Shown: piece by piece, positions 8,824-18,850 of the stretch
Layout of the letters: each line of letters begins with the position of its first letter
Position numbering within the stretch: the first letter of the stretch is position 1
Notes under the pieces: generated by a model
Databases searched by the model: none
Seen by the model: only the letters and a program-made list of their open reading frames with translations
Told to the model about the DNA's origin: nothing
From: Ilumatobacteraceae bacterium
Lineage (GTDB): Bacteria > Actinomycetota > Acidimicrobiia > Acidimicrobiales > Ilumatobacteraceae
Reading direction: 5' to 3'
DNA: 64,000 nt
NCBI GenBank assembly: GCA_049432165.1
Contig: JBMTDQ010000004.1
Location: 1,401 to 65,400, forward strand
Made by a program: the position numbers and the translations under genes

Positions 8824-10302
8824 GTGCAGACTGTCGCTATGCCTGACACGTCAATTCCGTTTGCAACTCCAAGCACCGTCGTCACTGCACGAACAACTCC
8901 TCGTTCTGCGACCGCAGTTGCGGTAGCGGTTCGTTCAACTGGAAGTGTTCCAAGATCGGTCGGCATGTCCCGACGCGATCTCGAACGTCATGGGTTTTCT
9001 GGAAAGGTCGGACAAGTTGTCTCGATTCCTCGTCGTGATGCGGCGACAGTGATTGCGGTCGGTGTGGGTGACCGTCCGTCAAGCGCCGACCTGCGTAATG
9101 CGGCGGCTGCGGCAATTCGTCACGCTCAACGTCACACTCATTTCGCTCTCGATCTGTTGCCATCGAGTTCTGCAAGCGCGGCAGATGCTCGCGCAGTGAC
9201 CGAGGGAGCGCTATTGGCTGCATACCGATATCCGGGAATTACCGCGAAGCCGACGACCAAGCCCAAGTTTGAATCACTCACGATTGTGACCTCCGGAACG
9301 GCCGCGGTTGAGCGAGGGGTTCGAGAGGGTCAGGTGCGATCTCGCGCAACGTATCTTGCGCGAGATCTGGCTAACACCCCTCCAGCACACCTCAATGCTC
9401 GTGATCTTGAGGTCATCACAACGGCACTTGCAGCTGACCACGGGTTTGATGTTGAGGTATTCGATGAGAATGACCTCGCTGAGATGGGCTGTGGTGGTCT
9501 ACTCGGAGTGAATAAGGGAAGTGTCGAGCCGCCGCGTTTGATGAAACTCACCTACACACCGAGGAACCCTCGAGGTCATGTCGCTCTCGTAGGTAAGGGC
9601 GTGATGTACGACTCGGGTGGAATCAGTTTGAAGCCAAGCGACGCATTCCATGTGGTGATGAAAATGGACATGTCGGGCGCTGCGGCAGTGCTGTCGACGA
9701 TGACGGCTCTAAAGGATCTTCGTTGCCGTACTCAAGTAACTGGCTACATCGTCTGTACCGACAATATGCCGTCCGGCTCGGCGATGAAATTGGGTGATGT
9801 GCTGACCATGCGCAACGGGAAAACGGTTGAAGTGCACAACACCGATGCAGAGGGTCGTCTCATTCTCGCTGACGGACTGTCGTTGGCGGTGGAGGACAAG
9901 CCGGACGCAATTATCGATATCGCAACGCTGACTGGTGCAGCGATGGCGGCCCTTGGTCCAGATATTGCCGCGGTGCTCGGCACTGGTCCGAAGGTGATCG
10001 ACCAACTCACCGCTAGTGCTGACGCAACAGGTGAGCCAATTTGGGAGATGCCTCTTGAGGCAACCCGTTACCGCAAGCTGCTGGATTCAAATGTTGCAGA
10101 CATGCGAAATATTGGCGGCCCTTACGGTGGTTGTATTACGGCGGCAATTTTCCTGTCGGAGTTCACAGGTGACGTGCCCTGGGCACACCTCGACATTGCA
10201 GGACCGATGAAAGTCGATGGGGACGAGTCGTGGCGGTCAAAGGGTGCGACCGGGTTTGGAACTCGCCTGCTGATTGACACGGTTACGAACTGGTCGGCGT
10301 AG
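8824..10302 (+). CDS. pepA: leucyl aminopeptidase (M17)
   Basis: VGKGVMYDSGGISLKP, NTDAEGRLILAD and ATLTGA motifs. The GTG start could instead be the ATG at 8839. Confidence 0.9.
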   Translation: MQTVAMPDTSIPFATPSTVVTARTTPRSATAVAVAVRSTGSVPRSVGMSRRDLERHGFSGKVGQVVSIPRRDAATVIAVGVGDRPSSADLRNAAAAAIRHAQRHTHFALDLLPSSSASAADARAVTEGALLAAYRYPGITAKPTTKPKFESLTIVTSGTAAVERGVREGQVRSRATYLARDLANTPPAHLNARDLEVITTALAADHGFDVEVFDENDLAEMGCGGLLGVNKGSVEPPRLMKLTYTPRNPRGHVALVGKGVMYDSGGISLKPSDAFHVVMKMDMSGAAAVLSTMTALKDLRCRTQVTGYIVCTDNMPSGSAMKLGDVLTMRNGKTVEVHNTDAEGRLILADGLSLAVEDKPDAIIDIATLTGAAMAALGPDIAAVLGTGPKVIDQLTASADATGEPIWEMPLEATRYRKLLDSNVADMRNIGGPYGGCITAAIFLSEFTGDVPWAHLDIAGPMKVDGDESWRSKGATGFGTRLLIDTVTNWSA

Positions 10303-10801
10303 TCGCTGACTCCGCCGCAATGATCGCGGTTCGGCGATCAAACCCGGCAGCGACAAGTTGGTGTTCAACGGCCATTGCATCGGTCGTCCAAGTTCGCTGA
10401 ACCCACTCGTCGTGGTCTCGACGGAGTTGTTCATGCATGCGATCCAACTGTCGGATTGTCAGATCCGGGATGCGACGTTTGACGTCGTATCCGCTATTGC
10501 TTGGCCGAATGAGGTTGAACATGGTGCAGCGATGAAGTGCCCTGCCAAACGGTGACTCTGCTCCTTTGGCATTGCTCAGTCCGATTGAGTGAGCGAGGTC
10601 GTTCACGTTGATGATGAACCCGTTGGGCTCATGATCGAGATAATCGGCGAGACGTCGGATGATCCATGTGGCCGACGGCCCGAGTGTGCTGAGCCAAAAC
10701 CTCTCGACATATGTACTTCGTGGGTCGTGACCGACGTCTCTGTCGGCGGGTACGGCCCAGGGCTGAAAGTTGATGAGTTCGTCTGATGTCGCAGTTGGCA
10801 T
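10283..10801 (-). CDS. hypothetical protein
   Basis: 172-aa ORF with an ATG start and coding-like composition. No motif recognised. Its 3' end overlaps pepA by 20 nt. Confidence 0.6.
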   Translation of the reverse strand: MPTATSDELINFQPWAVPADRDVGHDPRSTYVERFWLSTLGPSATWIIRRLADYLDHEPNGFIINVNDLAHSIGLSNAKGAESPFGRALHRCTMFNLIRPSNSGYDVKRRIPDLTIRQLDRMHEQLRRDHDEWVQRTWTTDAMAVEHQLVAAGFDRRTAIIAAESATTPTSS

Positions 10802-10847
10802 GGGGGAGTGGGATGTGTGATGTTCTCGCCGGTTCGCTTGGGATGAA

Positions 10848-10862
10848 AGTGTGCGTCACACT
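10848..10862. promoter_or_regulatory. 15-bp perfect inverted repeat AGTGTG-cgt-CACACT in a divergent promoter region (candidate operator)
   Basis: Read directly from the sequence, between the hypothetical gene (-) and the Sir2 gene (+). Confidence 0.25.
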
Positions 10863-10868
10863 AGAGAT

Positions 10869-11645
10869 ATGGAAGCGGTCGATCCCGGACAACTTGAGCT
10901 CGCCCAATCGATGTTGATCGGCGCTCAACGAGTGGTTGTACTGACGGGTGCGGGAATTTCTACCGACTCGGGAATCCCTGATTTCCGCGGACCAAATGGG
11001 GTCTGGACGAAAAATCCTGGTGCAGAAAAGGCGAGCAATATCTCGTACTACCTGTCTGACCCAGACGTCCGGCGTGCGGCGTGGCAAGCGCGCCTTGATG
11101 CTGCTGCGTGGTCTGCGTCGCCAAACAGAGGTCACCAGGCAATTGTTGATCTGGAACGCAGTGGCCGCTTGCATGCGGTGGTGACCCAGAACATTGATGG
11201 TCTTCATCAACAGGCCGGTACAGATCCTGACCTTGTGATCGAGGTACATGGAACGATCTGGTTTTCTCGATGCTGGGAGTGTGGCGATCGGCGAGAGATG
11301 TCAGATACCTTGCAGAGAGTTCGTGATGGAGATCCTGATCCTGCATGTGAACTGTGCGGAGGAATCGTAAAGAGCGACACGATCAGTTTCGGACAATCAC
11401 TCATTCCTGAAGTGATTGATCGGGCGATGCGCGTGAGTGAACAGGCCGATGTTCTTGTCGCAGTTGGCTCAACTCTCAGCGTCTATCCGGTTGCAAATTG
11501 TGTGCCATTGGCGAAGTCGAACGGGGCTCAGATAGTCATCGTGAATGCGGAAGCAACAGAGATGGATGCCATCGCCGACGTGGTCCTTCGGGGATCAATC
11601 GGTGACATTCTTCCTCAATTATTCGCTCAAGGTGGCAATACTTGA
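10869..11645 (+). CDS. cobB: NAD-dependent protein deacylase (Sir2 family)
   Basis: GAGISTDSGIPDFRGPNG, QNIDGLH and a CxxC...CxxC zinc module (CWECG...CELCGG). I prefer the ATG at 10869 over the GTG at 10851, which lies inside the palindrome. Confidence 0.9.
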   Translation: MEAVDPGQLELAQSMLIGAQRVVVLTGAGISTDSGIPDFRGPNGVWTKNPGAEKASNISYYLSDPDVRRAAWQARLDAAAWSASPNRGHQAIVDLERSGRLHAVVTQNIDGLHQQAGTDPDLVIEVHGTIWFSRCWECGDRREMSDTLQRVRDGDPDPACELCGGIVKSDTISFGQSLIPEVIDRAMRVSEQADVLVAVGSTLSVYPVANCVPLAKSNGAQIVIVNAEATEMDAIADVVLRGSIGDILPQLFAQGGNT

Positions 11646-11666
11646 CCAAATCAGTAGGATTTCGAC

Positions 11667-12833
11667 ATGGCTACGTTCAGAGACCTCCTCAGCTCCGCAA
11701 AAGCTGAGATTGTCGAAATAAATACCGAAGAAGCAGCCGAGCGCATTGGCGCTGGTCATCTCATTCTCGACGTTCGCGAACCCGACGAGTACGCCGAAGG
11801 CGCTCTCGAGGGTGCGATTCATATTCCTCGAGGCCACCTTGAGGCACAGATCGAAAACCGCATCGTCGATAAATCACTTCCGGTTGTCGTGTACTGCGCA
11901 GGTGGAGTTCGTTCAGCCTTCGCTGCGAAGACGCTTCAAGATCTGGGCTATGAACACGTCACATCGATGGATGGCGGGTTCGGACGCTGGAAAGACGAGG
12001 GACGTCCGTGGCGCCAGCCCGCCAGCCTCAGCCCGGAGCAACAGAACCGGTACAAGCGCCATCTGCTTCTTCCTGAGGTCGGAGTCGAAGGTCAGCAAAA
12101 ACTCCTCGACGCGAAGGTGCTCATGCTTGGCGCAGGCGGTCTTGGCTCACCTGCAGCGCTCTATCTCGCGGCAGCAGGTGTTGGGACAATTGGTATCGTC
12201 GACATGGACGAAGTTGATGCATCAAACCTGCAACGCCAAATTCTGCACAACATTGATCGAGTCGGCGATCGCAAGGTCGACTCGGCGAAGAAGACGCTCA
12301 CATTGCTCAACCCAGATGTCAATGTCGTCACGTATGACACTCGCCTTTCCGCCGAGAACATCGTCGACATCATCTCGGGCTACGACGTCATCGTTGACGG
12401 TGCTGACAACTTCCCATCTCGCTATGTGTTGAACGATGCAAGTGTGAAGCTCGGCATCCCGGTCGTGCACGGTTCGATTTTCCGCTTTGAGGGAATGGTC
12501 AGTGTGTTCCATCCAAAGGAAGGCCCGACCTATCGAGACATGGTTCCAGAACCACCTCCCGCTGAACTTGCTCCGTCGTGTGCAGAGGCCGGTGTTCTCG
12601 GTGTGTTGCCAGGCATTGTCGGGTCGATTCAGGCGCTCGAAACGATCAAGGTCATCCTCGGCCTTGGTGATGCGCTGATCGGTCGAATCCTTTCTGTTGA
12701 TACGACGGAGATGGAGTTCAGGACCTTCAAACTTCGGCCCGATCCGTCCAACCCGGTGACTTGGGAAAACCGAGACCGAATTGTGGTGCGCGATCTCGAT
12801 GGTCTGTGCGCCCCTTGGTTAGACGATCACTGA
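11667..12833 (+). CDS. rhodanese-ThiF/MoeB fusion: sulfur-carrier-protein adenylyltransferase/sulfurtransferase (MoeZ-like, rhodanese N-terminal)
   Basis: The N-terminal rhodanese domain has the active-site loop YCAGGVRS. It is followed by ThiF/MoeB motifs (RYKRHLLLPEVG, GAGGLGSP, DASNLQRQ) and a MoeB-type C-terminal tail. Confidence 0.85.
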   Translation: MATFRDLLSSAKAEIVEINTEEAAERIGAGHLILDVREPDEYAEGALEGAIHIPRGHLEAQIENRIVDKSLPVVVYCAGGVRSAFAAKTLQDLGYEHVTSMDGGFGRWKDEGRPWRQPASLSPEQQNRYKRHLLLPEVGVEGQQKLLDAKVLMLGAGGLGSPAALYLAAAGVGTIGIVDMDEVDASNLQRQILHNIDRVGDRKVDSAKKTLTLLNPDVNVVTYDTRLSAENIVDIISGYDVIVDGADNFPSRYVLNDASVKLGIPVVHGSIFRFEGMVSVFHPKEGPTYRDMVPEPPPAELAPSCAEAGVLGVLPGIVGSIQALETIKVILGLGDALIGRILSVDTTEMEFRTFKLRPDPSNPVTWENRDRIVVRDLDGLCAPWLDDH

Positions 12834-12834
12834 A

Positions 12835-13698
12835 CTACCCGGCGTGAACAAGGGGCTCACTTGGTTGGGCTGCGTCTCTCTCTTGCATGCTGACACCAAC
12901 GAGCACGGCGATGATTCCAGCGAAGTCGATCAAGGTCGGTTGCTGACCTAATGCGACCCAACCGACAACGACGGCGGTCACTGGCAGCATCGCAAGTAAG
13001 ACCGAGAACCGTCGGACACTGACCTGTCGCATGACGTACTGGTCAATGCCGTACCCGATTGCGTTTGAGAAGACACCGGTGACAAGGCAGGCGAGTAGTA
13101 GCAACGGTGCTCCCCAGACGGGGCCACTCCACGGGGCACCAACTGGGATGAGCGCGAAGGAGCCGATTGCCAGACCGACTGCCAGGCCTTCAACACCGCT
13201 ACTGGTCACCGCAACTCGTGAGCCGATCACGATGTACGCAGCCCAACACGCCGACGAAGCGAGAATAAAGGCAACGCCAGCAGGCTCCCCGCCGAGTTCA
13301 ACCCCACCGAGTACCAACACGCCACCAACTGCGCACACAAGTGCAATTGCGTTTCGCAGAGATCGAGTAGCGAAAGCGGCAACTGCAATTGGTCCGACGA
13401 ACTCGATCGCAACACTTTTCCCGAGATCAATGCGCGCAATTCCCAAATAGAAGAATGTGTTCATTGCTGCGGTGGCGACCCCGAACAGCGCTGCCCCTAA
13501 CAGTTTGCGGCCACGCCAGTCACCAAGACGGGGGCGAGCAATGATCCAGAGCGCAATCGTTGCGCCAACAACACGCAGCCAACCAACTGACTGCGGGGCG
13601 ACCTGATCAAAGATTGAAATAGCAATCGCAGCGCCGATGTACTGCGAAATGGCCGAGATGATGAAGAGTCCCTCTGCAGGAACTCTGCGCGGTTGCAC
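12835..13698 (-). CDS. EamA/DMT family transporter
   Basis: 287-aa polytopic membrane protein with roughly ten hydrophobic segments and a two-fold internal repeat typical of EamA. GTG start. Confidence 0.8.
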   Translation of the reverse strand: MQPRRVPAEGLFIISAISQYIGAAIAISIFDQVAPQSVGWLRVVGATIALWIIARPRLGDWRGRKLLGAALFGVATAAMNTFFYLGIARIDLGKSVAIEFVGPIAVAAFATRSLRNAIALVCAVGGVLVLGGVELGGEPAGVAFILASSACWAAYIVIGSRVAVTSSGVEGLAVGLAIGSFALIPVGAPWSGPVWGAPLLLLACLVTGVFSNAIGYGIDQYVMRQVSVRRFSVLLAMLPVTAVVVGWVALGQQPTLIDFAGIIAVLVGVSMQERDAAQPSEPLVHAG

Positions 13699-13712
13699 GG
13701 TGACCGTTTGAA

Positions 13713-14489
13713 TCAGTCGAATAATTCAGGGTCTGTGGCGCAGATTTCTTGCCACAGCGGCTGGAAGCTAAACCAACCTGCAAGGTGTGAACCTGTTTGC
13801 TCAAAGGTGTAGCGAGCGTATTCGTCACGAACCTCAATCGGGTCCCCTGCTGCCATTGCTGCAAGCTGAACCTGACAGTTGCGTTCCATCGTGATGAACC
13901 AGAAGGCGGCCTCGTCAACAGTGGTTCCGACAGTGAACAATCCGTGGTTCTGGTGGATAGCGGCCTTACCGGTCGTGAACTTCGACGCGAACTCCTCGCC
14001 GGCCTCGATCTCGAGAACAACCTTTCCGCCTTGCTCTGAAATCACGTGGTGATCGCCATAGAACGCGCATGAATCTTGAGTGATCGGTGCAAGCGGAATG
14101 CCGAGGGCTGAGAATGCTTTGCCGTATGTCGAGTGGGTGTGGGCAGCAGCGATGACCTCTGGGCGTGCCTTATGGACCGCTGAGTGAAGGACGAATGCCG
14201 CTCGGTTGACTGGCATATCGCCGACAACAACATCACCGTCGTGGTTGACGAGCAACAGGTCACTTGCCTTCATATGACGGAAGCTCTTACCGAATGGATT
14301 CACCCAGAAGTGGTCGGTCAAGATCGGGTCTCGAGCGGTCATGTGACCGGCGACGCCCTCGCCGAATCCGAGTCGACCAAAGACTCGTAGCGCACCCGCA
14401 AGTTTTGCCTTGCGGTGGGCTCGCTCTTCTTCGAGGTCGTCAAAGGTTTCAGGGTGGAATGCGATGATCGGCTTGTCGGTGATTGCCAT
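13713..14489 (-). CDS. class II aldolase/adducin family protein
   Basis: 258 aa with a GHMTARD... region and AAHTHSTYG metal-binding histidines typical of class II aldolase/adducin N-terminal domains. Confidence 0.85.
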   Translation of the reverse strand: MAITDKPIIAFHPETFDDLEEERAHRKAKLAGALRVFGRLGFGEGVAGHMTARDPILTDHFWVNPFGKSFRHMKASDLLLVNHDGDVVVGDMPVNRAAFVLHSAVHKARPEVIAAAHTHSTYGKAFSALGIPLAPITQDSCAFYGDHHVISEQGGKVVLEIEAGEEFASKFTTGKAAIHQNHGLFTVGTTVDEAAFWFITMERNCQVQLAAMAAGDPIEVRDEYARYTFEQTGSHLAGWFSFQPLWQEICATDPELFD

Positions 14490-14558
14490 ATCCGCACGTT
14501 AGTCACAAATTCACACTTGGTCTAGTGTCGCAGGACCGATCTCTGGCACGATCACTCC

Positions 14559-14948
14559 ATGGCAACGCACCAACCCATTCAGCCGAACGAGATTGCCCCT
14601 CCGGCTGCGCAGTACGTCCATGCCATGTTGACCACTGGGGCGCAGCGGTGGTTGCACACCTCCGGAGTGGTCCCAACCCGTCCGGACGGAACTGTTCCAG
14701 AGGCGATTGAGGACCAGGCGGTGGTGGTGTGGGCCAATATCTCAGCGATGTTGGCTGACGCTGAAATGTCGGTCGACGACATTGTGTCGGTGACAACGTA
14801 CGCCGTGGTCGGCCAGCCACTTGCCGGAGTGATGGCGGCTCGCGACCGAGTGCTCGGTGAGCATCGTGCAGCCTCGACATTGGTGACAGTGCCTGCTCTT
14901 GCCCGGCCCGAATGGCTCATGGAAATTTCGGTCATCGCCGCCGTCTGA
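14559..14948 (+). CDS. RidA/YjgF family protein
   Basis: 129 aa of RidA-like size and pattern (...HTSGVVP...VTTYAV...E(I/V)SVIA). Confidence 0.8.
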   Translation: MATHQPIQPNEIAPPAAQYVHAMLTTGAQRWLHTSGVVPTRPDGTVPEAIEDQAVVVWANISAMLADAEMSVDDIVSVTTYAVVGQPLAGVMAARDRVLGEHRAASTLVTVPALARPEWLMEISVIAAV

Positions 14949-14982
14949 GGGGTCTGGGGTGTTGTCGCCCTACGCTGTGGGG

Positions 14983-16560
14983 ATGGCAGATGACGTGCGC
15001 AAAACTGACTCAGGTATAGATATTGCTCCTCTCTACACCGCTGAGTCTCTCAACGGGTGGGACCCTGCTGAGCAGTTAGGACTTCCTGGTGAAGCTCCAT
15101 TTACGCGTGGCGTGTATCCCTCGATGTATCGGGGGCGTTTGTGGACGATGCGCCAGTACTCAGGGTTTGGTGATGCTGCAAGCACCAATGAACGCTTCAA
15201 GTTTTTGCTTGCTGCAGGCCAGACCGGTCTCAGTTGCGCATTCGACTTACCAACCCAGATGGGCTACGACTCTGACCACCCCCGAGCCGAGGGGGAGGTG
15301 GGCAAAGTAGGCGTTGCCATCGACTCGCTCGATGACATGCGAACGTTGCTTGCTGATATCCCACTCGACAAGGTGTCGACGTCGATGACGATCAATTCAA
15401 CAGCTGCAATCTTGCTGTTGATGTATCAGATCGTCGCCGAAGAACAGGGTGTGTCCTCAGAGCAAATCTCAGGGACGATTCAGAATGACCTCCTGAAGGA
15501 GTACATCGCTCGCGGAACGTACGTGTATCCGCCTAAGCCGTCAATGCGCATCATCACCGACATCTTCGGTTACTGCTCGGCGCATATTCCGAAATGGAAC
15601 ACAATTTCGATTTCGGGGTACCACATCCGCGAGGCAGGTTCGACTGCGGTTCAAGAAATTGCGTTCACACTGGCAAACGCCATTGCGTACGTCCAGGCAG
15701 CGGTTGATGCAGGGCTTGATGTCGACGAATTTGCACCTCGATTGTCATTTTTCTGGAATGGCCACAACGACTTCTTTGAAGAGGTGGCAAAATTCCGTGC
15801 CAGCCGTCGGATCTGGCACAAGATCATGACCGAGCGCTTCGGAGCAAAAGACCCTCGCTCATCGATGTTGCGATTCCACACCCAGACGGGCGGTTCGACG
15901 TTGACGGCGCAGCAGCCGGTGAACAACGTGGTGCGGGTTGCAGTGCAGGCGATGGCAGCGGTGATGGGTGGAACGCAGTCACTGCACACGAATGGTTTTG
16001 ATGAGGCGCTGTCATTGCCGACGGAGAATGCTGCTCGACTCGCGCTTCGTACTCAGCAGATCATTGGTTACGAATCGGGAGTTGCTGCAACTCCTGATCC
16101 GCTTGCTGGTTCGTACCTTGTTGAGTCACTTACCGACGAGGTTGAGCGGTTGACCTGGGAGTACATCGAACGAATTGATGAGATGGGTGGCGCTGTTGAG
16201 GCGATTGAGGCTCATTTCCAACAGGACGAGATCGAACAGTCGGCATATGAATACACGAAGTCAATTGACGATGATGAGCGTGTCATCGTCGGACTAAATC
16301 GTTTCACGATCGATAATGAGCCTGAGCCAGAGGTGTTCCCAATTGATCCTGCGCTCGAACCAGCTCAGAAGTCCCGGCTTGCAGCATTTAAGGCTGGCCG
16401 CGATGAGAGCGCTGTCCGAGCGGGGCTTGAGGCGGTGAGTGCGGCCGCGCGCGGCACCGACAATCTGCTGTACCCAATGAAAGATGCTCTAATTGCCGGG
16501 GCCACACTGGGTGAAGTGAGCGATGCGCTCCGTGAGGTGTTCGGTACCTATCAGCCCTGA
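14983..16560 (+). CDS. methylmalonyl-CoA mutase, catalytic (N-terminal) chain; no B12-binding domain
   Basis: [42 protein letters not shown] and [10 protein letters not shown]. Tyr in SMY and Arg in ARGTYVYP are the MCM-type specificity residues. The ATG at 14983 avoids overlap with ridA. Confidence 0.9.
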   Translation: MADDVRKTDSGIDIAPLYTAESLNGWDPAEQLGLPGEAPFTRGVYPSMYRGRLWTMRQYSGFGDAASTNERFKFLLAAGQTGLSCAFDLPTQMGYDSDHPRAEGEVGKVGVAIDSLDDMRTLLADIPLDKVSTSMTINSTAAILLLMYQIVAEEQGVSSEQISGTIQNDLLKEYIARGTYVYPPKPSMRIITDIFGYCSAHIPKWNTISISGYHIREAGSTAVQEIAFTLANAIAYVQAAVDAGLDVDEFAPRLSFFWNGHNDFFEEVAKFRASRRIWHKIMTERFGAKDPRSSMLRFHTQTGGSTLTAQQPVNNVVRVAVQAMAAVMGGTQSLHTNGFDEALSLPTENAARLALRTQQIIGYESGVAATPDPLAGSYLVESLTDEVERLTWEYIERIDEMGGAVEAIEAHFQQDEIEQSAYEYTKSIDDDERVIVGLNRFTIDNEPEPEVFPIDPALEPAQKSRLAAFKAGRDESAVRAGLEAVSAAARGTDNLLYPMKDALIAGATLGEVSDALREVFGTYQP

Positions 16561-16674
16561 TTTCATTGGGTTTTGCGCCATGACGGTGATTGTTTTCGGC
16601 GTGAAATGTTAAAAGCCGACTAGCCGAATCGGATTTATCGGAATACACTGCCTAGCCGTGAGGTTGCAACAGTC

Positions 16675-17664
16675 ATGAATCCGGTAATGACGGCGAATTT
16701 GGCAACTGGCGCGGCCGTTGGCAACCTTGGCGTCCTCGACCTGATCGGCAACACCCCGATCGTTGATGTCTCACACCTGTCTCCCAACCCTGACGTGCGC
16801 ATCATTGCGAAGTTGGAGATGCAAAACCCCTTTGGCTCGGTCAAAGACCGCATTGCGAAGGCGATGATCGAGGCCGCCGAAAAAGATGGCCGACTTTCCC
16901 CTGGACAGACCATTCTCGAACCGTCATCGGGCAACACAGGTATTGCCCTTGCCGCGATCGCCCGTCTGAAGGGTTACCCGATCAAGATCCTTCTCCCTGA
17001 GTCAGTTTCGATCGAACGGCGTCAAATGCTCGAAATCATGGGTGCTGAAATCATCTTGACTCCAGGCGGCGAGGGATCAAATGGTGCCGTGCGCCGCGCT
17101 ACCGAAATGGCTGAAGCTCACCCTGAATGGTGCATGGTGTACCAATACGGCAATGACGCGAATCCCCGGGCGCACTACGAGTCGACGGGCCCTGAGATTT
17201 GGCGCGACGTTCCAGAGATCACCCACTTTGTTGCCGGGCTCGGAACATCAGGCACGCTCATGGGAACAGGACGGTTCTTGAAAGAACGCAATCCCGATAT
17301 TCAGATTGTCGCTGTCGAGCCACCGCTTGGCGAAAATGTTGAGGGGCTTCGAAATCTTGAAGAGGGTTACATTCCTCCGGTATTTGAAAACTGGAACGGA
17401 TTTGAACTTCTCGACCGAAAGCGAGTTGTGCGTCCCCGAGAATCAATCGAATGGACTCGCCGGCTCGTGAACGAGGCTGGCATCTTCGCCGGAATTTCCT
17501 CTGGGGCATCGCTCGCTGGTGCCGCCAAAGTTGCGTCGTCAATCGACTCGGGCGTGATCGTGTTTATCGTGTGTGATGGCGGATGGAAATATCTGTCCAC
17601 CGGCGCTTACACGGATGATCTCGATGCTGCCGAAGCAGCAGCCGAAAAGATCATTTACTTCTGA
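16675..17664 (+). CDS. cysM: cysteine synthase CysM (CysO-thiocarboxylate/O-phosphoserine type, M. tuberculosis-like)
   Basis: PLP lysine in GSVKDR, SGNTGIALA, and a long stretch that matches, from memory, Mtb CysM including the C-terminal DGGWKYLSTGAY tail. Confidence 0.85.
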   Translation: MNPVMTANLATGAAVGNLGVLDLIGNTPIVDVSHLSPNPDVRIIAKLEMQNPFGSVKDRIAKAMIEAAEKDGRLSPGQTILEPSSGNTGIALAAIARLKGYPIKILLPESVSIERRQMLEIMGAEIILTPGGEGSNGAVRRATEMAEAHPEWCMVYQYGNDANPRAHYESTGPEIWRDVPEITHFVAGLGTSGTLMGTGRFLKERNPDIQIVAVEPPLGENVEGLRNLEEGYIPPVFENWNGFELLDRKRVVRPRESIEWTRRLVNEAGIFAGISSGASLAGAAKVASSIDSGVIVFIVCDGGWKYLSTGAYTDDLDAAEAAAEKIIYF

Positions 17665-17713
17665 GTTAGCGCGGGTCCTCCAGGGCCGTCGTACTCAGGT
17701 AAAGTCCTCGAAA

Positions 17714-18838
17714 GTGACTGCCTCCACTTTCGTTGTGCCTCGTTGGGCTCGAGCATCGCTCGTCATCGTCATCATCTACCTATTTCTCGTTGGCGTCTCA
17801 TCGCTCGAATCAGGAATCAAGGTGATGGGGGCAGATACCCAGGAACGACTGTTCTCATCAGTTTCAAACCCGCTCGTCGGGCTCTTTATCGGTCTTCTTG
17901 GAACCGCTCTGGTGCAATCATCATCGGCGAGCACTTCGCTCATTGTCGGACTAGTTGCGTCGGGGGCACTTGCACTTGATCAAGCAGTACCAATGATTAT
18001 GGGCGCGAACATCGGCACGACCGTGACGAACACTCTGGTTTCGCTTGGCCATGTCAGGCAATCTCAGGAATTTAAGCGAGCACTTGCAGCTGCAACGGTG
18101 CATGACTTCTTCAATCTGATGGCAGTCGTGATTCTTCTGCCGTTTGAACTTCTCACGGGCCGAATTTCCTGGCTTGCAACACGCACAGCTGACTTGCTCA
18201 CAGGTTCTGGCGGGTCCGAGTGGAAGAGCCCAATCAAAGAGTGGGTCAAGTACCCCGTTAATTGGCTAAAAGATGGACTGAAACAGTTCTCCCTAGATGG
18301 GACACCGTTGGGGATTGCGATGGTGACGATCGGAATTGGTGTCGTTGTTGTGTCGCTGATAGCGATCACAAAGAACATGAAAGCGTTGATTGCTGAACGA
18401 CTCGAAGCATCAATGAACCGCGTGCTGGGCAAGGGCGGTGGCATCGTCGCAATGGTGATTGGCATGCTCATCACTATTTCGGTTCAATCGTCGAGCATCA
18501 CGACATCGATTCTGATCCCGATGGCTGCGGCAGGGGTGATCTCCCTGCGAAATATCTATCCGGTCACCCTTGGTGCAAATGTGGGAACAACGATCACCGC
18601 ACTACTCGCGGCGCTCGCTGCGAGTGGGTCAGACGCACTCACCATTGCGCTCGTTCACACCTGGTTCAACATCCTCGGAATTGTTGTCCTGTATGGGATT
18701 CCATTTCTTCGCCCGCTACCAATTCGATGTGCCGAACTGCTTGCAGAACTCGCGGTCAAACGCCGAAGTATTGCAGTGGGTTGGGTCGTCACCGTCTTTG
18801 TCGTCATACCACTTCTAGTGATTGCGTTATTCCGCTGA
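17714..18838 (+). CDS. Na/Pi cotransporter family protein
   Basis: Two NptA-type repeats (QSSSASTSL...GANIGTTVTN and QSSSITTSI...GANVGTTIT). Start uncertain: GTG 17714 is chosen to avoid overlapping cysM. Confidence 0.85.
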   Translation: MTASTFVVPRWARASLVIVIIYLFLVGVSSLESGIKVMGADTQERLFSSVSNPLVGLFIGLLGTALVQSSSASTSLIVGLVASGALALDQAVPMIMGANIGTTVTNTLVSLGHVRQSQEFKRALAAATVHDFFNLMAVVILLPFELLTGRISWLATRTADLLTGSGGSEWKSPIKEWVKYPVNWLKDGLKQFSLDGTPLGIAMVTIGIGVVVVSLIAITKNMKALIAERLEASMNRVLGKGGGIVAMVIGMLITISVQSSSITTSILIPMAAAGVISLRNIYPVTLGANVGTTITALLAALAASGSDALTIALVHTWFNILGIVVLYGIPFLRPLPIRCAELLAELAVKRRSIAVGWVVTVFVVIPLLVIALFR

Positions 18839-18850
18839 TCGGAGGAACTC

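Noticed and set aside
16580-16612. 10-codon mini-ORF MTVIVFGVKC upstream of cysM, considered as a cysteine-sensing leader peptide.
   Set aside because: It has only a single terminal Cys codon and no convincing RBS. No terminator or antiterminator hairpins follow; only 4-bp CCGA/TCGG pairings are present.
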